64,000 nucleotides of DNA. Origin: Ramazzottius varieornatus. Lineage: Eukaryota > Animalia > Tardigrada. This document shows, piece after piece, positions 47,013-62,200 of the stretch. The DNA lies in assembly GCA_001949185.1 (NCBI GenBank), contig BDGG01000002.1:5012448-5076447 (forward strand), in the 5' to 3' direction. Position 1 is the first letter of the stretch, and each line of letters starts with the position of its first letter. The position numbers were made by a program, and so were the translations under genes. The notes under the pieces were generated by a model. The model was not told where the DNA came from and did not search any database. It saw only the letters and a program-made list of their open reading frames with translations.

Positions 47013-50000
47013 TAGTGATGTTCTACTATAGTAAAAGTATATTAAAGTATGTGAAAGTAGATGCTTTTAGCATATACTATAGTAAGTAATATTAAGTGAA
47101 TGCACTGGACTGCGACACAGAAAATTAATAGTAAAGTAAGTCACAACGGAAACCGAGATATTATAGTAACATTCGATCAAGCGTTTAAGATATTAAAATA
47201 TAGTATAATACGTCTGAAGCGCGCACTGACGTACTATAGTAAGCGCCCTGATATCTGGGGCAACGCCCAGAAGACAGCGCACACCGCATATCCCGCCCCT
47301 ATGTCAGCAGAAGTTGGCTTCGTAGGGCTAACACAAGATGGCCATGCGCCTACATACTCTGTACTCCTTACACGAGCTGGATTGACGGTTTGCCGGTGCG
47401 TGATGGCGGAGATTCGAATTATTTGTGTTTTGCTGAAAGCTCAATATGGAACGACCGGCTAGTTTTTTTTGCGTCCTTCTAGTTTGCTTATGATTAGGTA
47501 GGACCTATCCCATAGCTACTCATCAGCCATGCCTTTACCGACCATAGGGAAGACACAACGCGTTCTGAAGAAGCCTCCAGCCGGGAATGGAAAATTTTCT
47601 GCTCCCACCAAGGAAGCCGTAGTGATCAACATTACTGATGATGACGTTTCGGACTCTGCGGATGATGATCCGCCTGTTCCTAGTCCTCAGTGCTCATCAA
47701 CGTCGTCTTCGGTTGTTAACGTGAAGCGCAAACGACTTGGTGGCCCAAAGAGAGCATCTGCAGTATGGCAACACTACACCGAAGATGTCGAGATAGGTAG
47801 TCGTACATGCCAATACTGCCTACATGAAGTCAAGCCTGCCGGTAACACTGGAAATGCTGTGGCTCACCTCAGAAATCATCATCCTCAGGCTTATGGAAAA
47901 TATGAAGAGCAGGAGAAATGTCGCAAAGATGTCAAGAAAAGCAAGCAGCAGGAATCAAGCGTGACGATGATCCAGCCTAAACTCAGCTTTGAGTCTTCAC
48001 ATCCGTACGAGGAGGGAAGTTTCAAGTAAGATTGATTTCATTTTTCTGTTGCTTGCTGGTGACTGATAATTAATCTATTCATCGCATTTCGTTCCTTATT
48101 GCAGATATCGAGCTGTCCTACGCGAACGTACATTGTGGTGTTTACGTACCACCGCGACGCCAACACTGTGCCAATCCTGCGACTCAACGTGTCTTCATGA
48201 AACATGACCCTCGATCGCCTGCGTTCGGTAGAAACGCTGTGAATACCGAGATAGACAAAGCCTACAAGCAGCTGCTGACCAACATGAAATTTGTACTGCG
48301 TCGTGCTCGAAAGATTTCCTTGTCAGCGGGTAGGACTGTTCTCCTTCGAAGGTTCATTTGACAAAATTAACATTCGTTACTGTTTAACGTGTACTTATTT
48401 CATTACAGACATTTGGACGAAGCGTGGAATGACTGAATCCAAACTTGGAATGACTGCTCGCCTGTACGATCCTCACTCCAAAATTATGCGACGAATGACA
48501 CTGGCTTGTCGCACCTTTCCACCTCCACACACTGCTGCTCGGCTGTTCAAACTTACAATGGATATTCTGGCTGAATGGGATATTGCACCTTCCAAGATAT
48601 CCGCCATAGTGACCGACAACGGATCGAACATGGTAGCCGCTTTCAAAGCCTTCGTTGACTCAAATGGTTCAGACAGTCATAACAAATCGGACGAGGATAA
48701 AGAGGGTGTAACAGTGACCTCCGATGACACAGAAGAGGCCAATGTAGTAGAAGAAGTTGACGAATACATGCAGTTTGGAGAGCAGTGCGACAGGGAGTTC
48801 GACGGAAGGTAATGTTTTCCATTTCAGAGCCATAAATCTTATAAACATCTAGAAATTAGGCATGTGATCCTACTTCACCAACTGAATGATTTTTTTTCGC
48901 TTTTCAGAATTAAGCGCCACAGCTGTACTATCCATCGTTTGCAGACGGCTATTCGTGTATTTGAGAAAGACGAGACGCTGAAGCCCATCATCAGGAAAGC
49001 CCGAGTCATAGTGAAGACATTCAGAATGTCCACCGTTGCTACCGGCGAACTCATCAAAGCCACGAACCTGACTTTGATTGCTGATGTCTCAACTCGATGG
49101 AATTCAACTTTGCTGTTTCTTAAGCGCCTGGATCTAGTACAAGATTCCGTAAAAGAAATCATGACACGGCACCTGAAGATTCCAGGTCTTACACCGGGAG
49201 AATGGGTTATCATCAGATATATAATAAAACTATTGGACAAATTTAACACTGTACGTGTCACAGTACAGCTGTGGCTAGACATTTACAATCGAATCTGTAT
49301 GCCGATGTTTCTTTTCGATTGCAGGTTACGGATAAGCTGAGCGCTGATAAGGAGGCAACTATTCATCGGGTCCACTTCTACATCAACGGGCTGGTTCGAC
49401 ATTTGGAATGCATCCGTGATGCATTATCAAAGCTGGACTTCTCTAGCTCCGACCTCGATAACCCGTTCGATCAAGTAGGTGTTCTTGTGCGCTATGTGAT
49501 CTGTTTTTAATATTAACGTTTTATACTCGTTCCGATTCTTTTCGTTAAGGCTTTGGTATTTTGTAGGTCATATTGGCGATGGAATCAGAATTATCTCGCG
49601 TGTTGGGATACGTGATCAATGAACGTGATCCGAAGTTTGATGCAGTGTACATTGCGAGCACCTTTCTTCACAAGAAACTGCGCCTCACTCTGCCACATCG
49701 GGTGGCGAGCCTTACTTCCAGATGGCTCGCACTAAAGAGCAGTGATTGGTACGAACAAAACATTCCAGGTACACGTTCGACCGTTCAGCTGATTAGTTTA
49801 ATTTGTTTATCGCTAAATTCTAAACTTTCTTTGCTCAGACATACTCCCTGAACCTGCTGATCCGAATGTCACCTCCAAGTTCAACACTGACGATGACTTG
49901 GACTTTTTCGTCGCTGCAAGGTTGGAGGTCGCACCTCATAATTCGCCGTTTGATTTGGAAATCCAAACTTATATCAGTCTACCTGCTAGTACGGAAGATA

Positions 50001-50495
50001 TAACTGATGACAATCCAGAGCTCTTCTGGATACAGAATGCGGGAAAGTTCCCTCTACTGAGCCGTGTGGCTTTCGACATCCTAGCCATACCGGCTGCTTC
50101 GAGTGCACCGGAAAGAGTTTTTTCCATTGGCTCAGCTGCAACAATGGGGAAAGGAAACAGACTAGCCGGCCACAATCTCGAAAGAAAAATACTTTCTTTG
50201 CGAAATACAGAGTATTTGCCCGATCTCGATGACTAAGGTCTCTGTTCTCCCGGTAACATTTGTAAGCGGTTCGTAATTTGTTACCCAGTGCGGCTTGTTA
50301 CTAAGATCTGAAACTTTGCTTTCAATAGTAAAATATATTTTACTACGGAGAATAAACGGAAGTTACTATAGTAAAGTAAATTAGATCAGGCGGAAGTTTT
50401 ACTATATTAAGTAGCAATTAAGTAGAACTCAAACTGATGGCGAATAGTAAGTAATAGTATATTAGATGCCATTTTGCCCGAGTAGAACATCAATA
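47013..50495 (+). mobile_element. Full-length hAT DNA transposon (3483 bp)
   Basis: 15-bp TIRs TAGTGATGTTCTACT / AGTAGAACATCAATA, exact 8-bp TSD GTCTGCAT (47005-47012 and 50496-50503), TACTATAGTAA subterminal repeats and an internal transposase gene. Confidence 0.95.
47529..50236 (+). CDS. hAT transposase with BED zinc finger (7 exons, one apparent frameshift near 48165)
   Basis: BED finger SAVWQHY...CQYC...NTGNAVAHLRNHH, catalytic SADIWT and VTDNGSNM, CTIHRLQ, TRWNST, and the dimerisation domain IPAASSAPERVFS. Confidence 0.92.
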
Positions 50496-51220
50496 GTCTG
50501 CATATACTCAAAAATTAAATTTCAAGACCTTAAATGACAAGACAGGGATTGCGCAAACAAAACTACGCTCAAAAGACAAGCTTGTAGGGAGATTGCGCAT
50601 TTTTGTCGGATTGCCCGCTGGTGTATTGGATTGTTTGATTGTGCGTTAATAGTTTTGGTTCCATCCGGATAGAAAGCCGGATGGATAGGATCTCTATCTG
50701 GTTAACAGCTGGATAGATAGAATACCTATCCAATCCAACTTCTATCCAGATCCATCCGATGTCGGACTGGATATTAACAACCCTAACAGTGGACACTGCG
50801 AGCACGACAGACATTGCGATAACATCTTATGGTTGTAAGATTGTTTTCACCAGTTCGAAGGGCTGATTGGTTTGAACCATTGATTACCGAAGACTGACTT
50901 TCCTCATTTCGTCAAATCGTTTTTCTGGATCGTGTTCATCTGCTCTAATTGTGACTTCCGGTCAACGAAGGAGCATCTTGAACCGGTTGTCCGTGCTGGT
51001 GTTCTTTGCTAAAGGTGGGAAGGCGAGATCGGAGGCTTACTTACCATAATCTCCAACCCGTCTCGCAGATCCCGTCTGGTGAGCCCGACATCGACTGCAT
51101 TCACTAATCTCCCCGACAGCCGGAAGCGCAGTGAACAGCTCACTCCTCACTGGATGTTCAGACCTAAGTTAGTCACTGACGGAAAGCTTGTTTAGGAGCG
51201 TCGACAAGGACTCACGCAAG

Positions 51221-51954
51221 ATGCCTCGCAACTTTTTCATGAGTGGCCCTGCGCCGATCCGGCGAACGCTGCGTTATCTGGAAGGTAGCCCGTATGCTCT
51301 TCGTGACCAAGTGAGGATATTAAACATCTTCTTCCGGTCACGGGATCTGGCGCACAAAGGCACTAGGTATACATTCCGCCCTAACGCACTCTGGGTGACA
51401 TGCCTCAAGTGCATGTTTTTGTTATTGGTACGAAATACGCATTCTAAAGCAACTTGCCTTACAGTAATAACATTAATGTTGTAGGGAGTTTGTTTTTCAC
51501 AACTTCCCGCAGCTTCAGTACAAGAACCCAGATGTTCAACTGCTGACCTTCCTCAACCTGATGCCAACACCCTACATCCAGGCTTTTCTTGGTTAGTGCT
51601 GGCTGAAGCGACCGCGAAGGAGCATCGACCACAGTTATACTCTTTTGTTTTGCAGAAAACGGGGAAAAAGTGCACATTGATTTGTTCGACCACACCCGGC
51701 AGGAAGTTCAAGATCGTGTACTGCAAGTTCTCTGCAAAGGCCAGTCTATCCTATCAGCTGAGGCTAAAGCAAGGCAAACCATTGCAAATCCGGCGAATTT
51801 CGGAAAAGGGTTTCTGCGCCACTGTATATGTGCCGTACCTGGTCAGACACCCTGTCCCGGTGCAGTCACGTTCCCTCACTTTATGAGAAGAAAGTACTAC
51901 GAAGATCCGACTGATCCAGACAGTCCATTGAAGGATCTTTCTGACGAGCAATAG
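51221..51954 (+). CDS. MRPS25: Mitochondrial ribosomal protein S25 (3 exons: 51221-51366, 51485-51591, 51656-51954)
   Basis: Segments GPAPIRRTLRYL, FVFHNFPQLQYKNPDVQ and NPANFG...RHCICAVPGQTPCP. Confidence 0.93.
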
Positions 51955-52155
51955 GACGTACTGTTTCAGTCACTCTATTTTATTCCGCTTCGGTGCTCGA
52001 CGGTTTTCAGGGTGCTGCTTGAAGGTTGACGGAAGTAACAAATACAAGCTAACAATAAAAAGAAAACTCTACGTTTTGGCCCACTTTGTGTCGAAATTTC
52101 TAGAAAATCAACAGAATGTATAGAAAAGAAACTGCTGGAATTGAATTTAGAAAGA

Positions 52156-54854
52156 TCACAGTTGCTGTATCACTTTTTGCTTGTAAAAATCTTCCAACTC
52201 TGTCAAGTGCCGACTGAGGCTAGCTGCTTCGTCTACTCGACCTGCGTCTTTAGCTTGTTCCAAGGTTATCTTTACTCTTGTGATCTGCTGAAGTAGAGGG
52301 TCGTCATCTTCGTCGAAGTCTGTCTGTTTGAGCGGTTCGGGAGCCCAACCACTGTTGGACTGTCTGGGCGGCGGACTGGTTCCATCGGGCTCATTGAACG
52401 GGTTCAGTTCGTCCTCACTCGCGTCTTCCTCAAAGGGATTACCCCCTCCATCGTCGAACGGGTTCTTCGGTTGTTCTTTCTTAGGTGTGGAATGTGCGGG
52501 TTCTTTGGAGGCTAAATAGCTCAAGCGGTTCAGGGTGGAATCGCGTTTCCGTTTCTCTTCTGATGCGCGTTGCGCTGCTATTCTTTGCTTAACTTCTTCG
52601 CGCCGTTTCTGTTGCAGCTTTGCCAGTTCCTCGGCCGATGGTAACGCAGGTATTGCGGATATCCTAGACTTCAGGAAGTCAACCGCGCTGGAACGAATGT
52701 TGCTGCGGAGCTTGTCTTCTCTGGGATTCCCAGTGGGTGGAAGCGCGGCAATCTGTTTGCTCAGAGCGCCAACTTCGTCGAGGAGCCGCATCAAGCGAGT
52801 TCGGATTTCTGCGGCTTGGGGTAACTGATAGTTACTTTCCCCCATTCTGGAACATCCGCCAATAAAGTATCCGTAATTTGGTATAGATCTGCATTCAATA
52901 ACAAGTTACTGAACTTACTGCAGAGACTGTGTCATTTCCAGGTATCCCGGATACAGACTCTCTGAGTCATTTATACATAACGCCAGACGCTGAAAACGGT
53001 CACATCAGAAACTACTGAAGATATGAAATGAGCAGACATAGATGGACTCTCACCTCATGAAGGTCCTCTAACTGTACTCTGACGTATCGATCTTCCGTCT
53101 GTTTCAGCCTTCTCTCGAGAAGGTTCTGGCAGATCTCACAAGTTCTTATCGTTTGTTCTTTATCCTTGGAAGAGAGGGAAGACACTATCGACATTATACT
53201 CTCATTGCTATTTGAACGAGCACGTATGCCGGAGCCAGATGAGATGGAACCCGGAACACTTCTCGCCGGCGACCCCGAAGGTTCGGCTTTCTCAGGTGCC
53301 AGACGATTTCCCGTAGGGTTCGTTAGTCGTTCTAATAAAGAAAAGACTATGAAACCCCTATGAAACTTTAGCACAATGGAAAACGAATAGAGGCGCTCAC
53401 CAGCAAAGTCTTCCGAAAGGAATCGGCTACAGTCCGAGCATACTATGCATCCACATAGGCGGCAATGGTGTTTCCTCATGAAACGCCGAAATGTCTTCCC
53501 GCAGTTAGGACAAATTGGAACGTCGTGATCAGGAGCCCAGGACGCGAGATGCTTTTCGAATGCTAAAAGATAACAAAACAGACGTATCATCGCACCGGAA
53601 GCTGAGTACTTACCTAGTCAAGTACTGTATTCTCTCCGGTAATTTCGCTACGTCACAGGCGATACTTATGTTAAAGAGTTTGCGAAGCGAACAGGCAGCT
53701 TTCGCTCTACGCCAATTTACTACGTCATTCTAAACAAAAATTTGCACAGCAAGAACGAAACAATCACAAGGAAACACAAGTTTTAAGAGGTAAAATCAAC
53801 ACTACACTGCAGTATCTACAACACATCGTCATCGAAACTCACAAGACTTTGCACAACCGACAAAGCAGAAGAATGTGCTGGACTAGTGACTTCCGCAGTT
53901 TCTTCTGACTGGTTTTCACTCCACTTCTCTTCGACCATCTTACACTTGTGAAAACAATTAACGATAGTGGAAGTCTCCTCATCCTTCACCATAATCGCAC
54001 CAGTAGGGTGCAAGATCAAAATGCGATTCGAAAGACAAAAGTTCTCTGACAGAGAAAAACGCAACGAAAAGTACAATGCGAATCGGCGGATATGAATTGT
54101 CTGAGGGATACGAAGAAGCCTCCTGTTGAACAGCTGATTAATCTTTGTTTGAAACTAAATACACGCTTGCGATTGATTGCATGTCCTTGATTGAGTCTAA
54201 TGACGACACGGTTTTGCCACTGTGGCAGATACCGCAATTTCACTCTTGCATCATTGGTAAAAACCGTTCGAGTGACGTAGGGGGAATTACCGGAGAGAAT
54301 ACAGTATGTGGGACTTTGAAACGTTTACCAGCTCGCTGTTTAGGGTCCGAAGGGGCTTCGTGGGCGAGCTTATCGAGCCTTATGATGAGCTTATTCGTCT
54401 CGACCATGATTCTTTCCAGGCGCGAGTCTCGTATCTTCTTGAAGTAGTCGGTATGGCTTTCTCGAGCTCCTAACGTTTGGTCGTCCCAGACGATAAAGCT
54501 GTTAGCTGCACCTTCGTCGTCAGATGATACGGCTTGACTCGATCGGAAGGGAACGGGACTTTCTGCTCGACCAATCCTTTTCAACACCAGACCTGCGAAG
54601 CACAACCTGTAGTAGGTTCCCAAAGAACCGCATGGTGAGGTTCTGTACAAATCTGGAATACCTTTTAGCTGTTGTAATAAGGTCCTGTCCTCTTCCGCGT
54701 GATCGCTCTCAAAATGGTCTTGCAAGTCGTCGATGGATCCGAGATCTTGCATGCATATCGGACAAATGAAGCCTTCTCGAACAACCACCTCCGCAGATGA
54801 GAAGCCCCGTGAAGTCATTGGGGTAGTGGACGTTCGTCGACTGGGTTGTGCCAT
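52156..54854 (-). CDS. RBSN: Rabenosyn-5 (ZFYVE20), multi-exon
   Basis: N-terminal C2H2 finger EGFICPICMQDL...HFESDH, FYVE domain WAPD...RKHHCRLCG, three NPF motifs, and a C-terminal Rab-binding segment DPLLQQI...A.DAGRVDEAASL. Confidence 0.93.
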
Positions 54855-55566
54855 AGCGATGATGGTCCATGCAGCAACAGGAAGATAGCCTCACCGGAAG
54901 TCAAGCGGTCGCGCAAGCACGGGTCCTTCCAGGATCACAGTCACGCCCTCCACAGAATGCAGCTCGCCTGTTGTCCAAATAGTACAGTTGTTGTTGTATT
55001 GAGGAATAGTACAAACAGAGTGTCTGGTGCAAATAAGTGGAAAAGTTGAAAAAAAAATGAACAGAAGAGAAGGTGCAAGCAAAGTTAGAGCCAGTGTTAC
55101 AGTGGAACCCCTGATTATTGCGACAGCACCACCCGAAGGCGTGCAGGTAACGAGGAGCTCTTGTGTGTGATCACAAGCTTTATCTAACGTTGATTCACTG
55201 ATCAATACGCTCATATGGCATACTCCGATCAGACTTCGCAGGTCTGGCATTCGATGTTTACTTTTCGGAGATCGGTACGCCTTATGCGAGAATCGGGATT
55301 ACGGAAAACTGGACGTCCACCGCATGTGACGGATTTCTATCCATCTGCCCCGACTCCGAATGTCTGCGTTGCTGATGCCGGTCGGCCGTGTGTGCTTCTA
55401 AGAGCCTATCGTTGTGGAAAACCGTTGACTGGGAGAACTTCCGCGCTCGGGCCTGATCATTGACGAAAGTCACGAAAGTGTCAGTGTCTTCCATCTAGCG
55501 CGAAGTTATTGCTCTCTCCCCCCGCATATATCAACGTTGTCAAGCTCAACAGACCGCTTCTTCGTC

Positions 55567-59060
<3,494 letters not shown>

Positions 59061-59288
59061 TCTGGGATGGATGTACCTTCTTGTACAACGGAGCTAGTCA
59101 ATGGTGTAAATTCATTAAACTATTTTGGTGAGTGTCACCTGGGTTTCTGTGATGGCGTAGTGGATTTTAATCGAGAGCGAACTTTCCAAGAATTCCAAAG
59201 AAAACATTTGTGTTGAAGTCTGAAACAAAAAAGCATCCTTCGTGATTTGCTAGTAAACATTCTGCAGGGTGAAAACCAGCACAGGCAA

Positions 59289-62200
59289 CTACATCTTCGT
59301 ATTCCTTTTCCGCATCTTGTTGCCTTTCGAACCCATCGAGGACCCTTTGGAAGAACCTTTTCTGGCACCTTTCACTATGCCTTTGAACTGACCGGTCAAC
59401 TTGGCACGTTTCCTAACAGGAACAGGAAACATAGACTGTGGCTTCGCGCAATACTTTTAACGAACTATCAAAAGGCGAATGACAAAAAGGCGCTTACCTT
59501 TTGTTCGTGTACTTCGGATCTAGTGGGATGTATGCATACGGGTCAGGTCTTCCTTTAAGCTTCACGTCGCCACCGGCTTTCTATAGGTAAGTGGGAGAAG
59601 CTAACATTACAACCCGGCCGACGCCGTTTTAGAGTATGAAATAAACCATAGGGCTTACCTTTGCCCGGTATTCGACACCGGTAATAAGCTTCTTCTTCGC
59701 TTTGTCCTTAGTCGACGCCTTCAACGACCGATGAATTCCAGACCCGCCAGCTAAAACAGGAAACCGAGCTGGTAAGCGCCAAACTGCAAGTCCCAAGTAG
59801 TGCCAACAATGCTCTTACCTTTGTAGGAAAACTGCCCATCTTCATTGTCAGTTTTTCCCATGGAAAGGGAAATCTGATCCATCTTATCGGACAGTTCCGA
59901 AGCGGCATCTTCGTCATCGTCATTCGCGATGATTATGCGACCATCAGGAGCCATCTTGACGTCAGATTTCTTGGACTTGCTCTTAGTTGCCGGCAAGGAT
60001 GCTGAAAACAGAGCTTCACGTTGAATTGTCTTAGAATCAGACAACTCAACCAAAAACAATTGTCCTGGAGAATCTATTTCTCCAAGAAACTAACCTCGAA
60101 TCTTCTGAGCGGCTTTCGGGTCTTTGAAGTCGATAATCTGGCCCTCATCGTCTTCCGCGATGTACACCTTCGACTTTTTCGATTTCGGCTTCTTCTCTTC
60201 CTCCTCCATTTCCTCGTCGGTACTGGCCAGTTCATCCAGGATGTCGTGGACCGTCTCGGCTCTCGAGAAGCCCCCTTCGCTTCGTCCGCTCTGACTCCTT
60301 CTATCCGAGTCATCCTTGCCGCTCTTCTTGGCTTGCTTCCTTTCTTCCTTCTGCCTCTTCTTCCGGTCCTCCGTCTTCCTGATGCTACTAATCAGCTTCC
60401 GGTCATCTTCCGGCACCAGCTCATTCACCACTCCGAACCCGAACTTCCTGATCAGCACCGTCAGCAAATCTCTGATCTTGTTCCGACAGCTTCTTCTCAG
60501 ACTGTCCTTCATCTCAGACATGTCTTGAATCAGTTTCGGCAAATACGGACCCAGTTCGAAATCCGACAGTTGAGAAAAGACTACTTTCAAAAACCCGAAA
60601 ACATTCTGGAGAATCGCCTGAGTCTCCGACTTCAACAAATAACTCATGTTCTCCAACAGCATGTTAACCAAATCTTTTGACAGCTTGGCTTTGAACTCAT
60701 ACGCGGCTTGTGTCAACGCTAGCAATGAAGCCGCTATGGCGTCAGGCGAACCCACAAAGCCACTCAGTATCATCTCGAAGTACTCAGCTGTAGCCTTCTC
60801 TTGTGAGTCTTCCGGCGTACTGTCAATTATTCTGTGACCAATTTGCTTAATCAACTCAAAAGCTACTTCACGAGCGTTGGTTGAATCTTTCTTGGTCGTC
60901 GACAAGGCCACTTCCGGGAAGATATCTTTCATGAAGGTCTTGTCCTCCTCTGCGGTCTTCGAGACAATGGCTTGGAAGCACTTCAACCGGGCGCCTTTGG
61001 CCGAAGACCCAACTGGCGACTTGACATCTTTCAAAAAAGTCTTCACGTCATCCAGATTCTGTTTGAAGTACTCTGCGAACTCTGGTCTGTCTGAAGTGAG
61101 AAGTTGAGCGAAGCACCGATAGCCCTTCTTTTGGAAAGTCAGGTCGGGACTAGTCCACGCGTTCTTACAGAAGTCCACGACTTCACCTACTTCTGCAGCA
61201 GGGATGTATGGGACAAGGGTGGCTGTGATGTCCATACAGGCTTGTTTCATTCCCTGCGAAGACTGCTCGTCCTTCAGTCTCATGACAATTTTCTTCAGAA
61301 TATCACTCAGGACCTCATGAGGCGTGATGGTGAAGTACACCTTGGCGGTCTCCAAAGCTGCCAGACGCGAGCCGAAAATCCTGTCTTTCTCGGGAGCGTA
61401 GATGTTTAGGAGGCGGGAAATGTAGTTTAAGGCATACTTGGCCAATAATGCTCGGTTCGCTTCGCTGTCCGAGCATTTGGTGACCAAGTTGCGAAGAGCC
61501 GCCATCACGTCCAGGTGTAAATCTTCTCGCTCCTTTATCTTCTCGGGTGCCTCTTGCTTCAGCTTCTCGAACGCTTCGACGGAAAGATCGCCTCGCACAT
61601 CTAGAGCTACGCCCAAGACTGGAGCAAGGGTCGGCATGCTCTCTGGAAGATCTGTTCAAACAGAAAGACAGACATTGACAACACTCGAATATTCGGACAC
61701 CCAAGGGTGATCTCTCACGTACCTGCACACAGACAAACCATACAGCACGACGGCACGCCTCTATGCAGGTGGAACAGCGTTTTCAGTAAACAGACAAACG
61801 CGATTACCTTCATACAAACGGTCGCGCAATGGTCGCCGTAATGTCTGTATGCAGGTGACAATGTATACCATGTTTGTGTATAACGGAATGCTGATTGTGA
61901 CCTCAAGGATTTGTTTGTGTTTTGTGAGCACCTATCCTATCCATGTTTTTGTGCCACAAAATATAACTGTGCCTTACCAGTTGGTCGTGTACAAAATCCA
62001 GGAAGCAGAGACCATAGTTGTCGTTCAAGGATTTCGCAACTGCGTGCACCGGAAGTATCGCCCGTTTTACCCACCTTTACGCCCAACGATCGCAGTTCTG
62101 TAGCTAGAGCAAGAATGACACCCGTAAAGTACGCCAGCTGTGTGTCCTGAACATTACTATGCAGCAGCGGAATCAACCAGCTACGGGACAAGTCCAGTGG

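Larger units (their letters stand above)
46707..50785. mobile_element. Non-autonomous hAT element (~590 bp of own sequence) split by the nested hAT
   Basis: TIRs TATGGTTGTTAA / TTAACAACCCTA, exact 8-bp TSD ACAGTGGA (46699-46706 and 50786-50793), and ATCCGGAT-type subterminal repeats at both ends. Confidence 0.88.

Noticed and set aside
51145-51165. In-frame TGA as selenocysteine in a minus-strand spliced ORF
   Set aside because: There is no selenoprotein-like context or SECIS, and the next exon is closed in all three frames.
60021-60680. Long antisense ORFs over RRP12 and other genes
   Set aside because: These are shadow frames of strongly coding opposite-strand exons.
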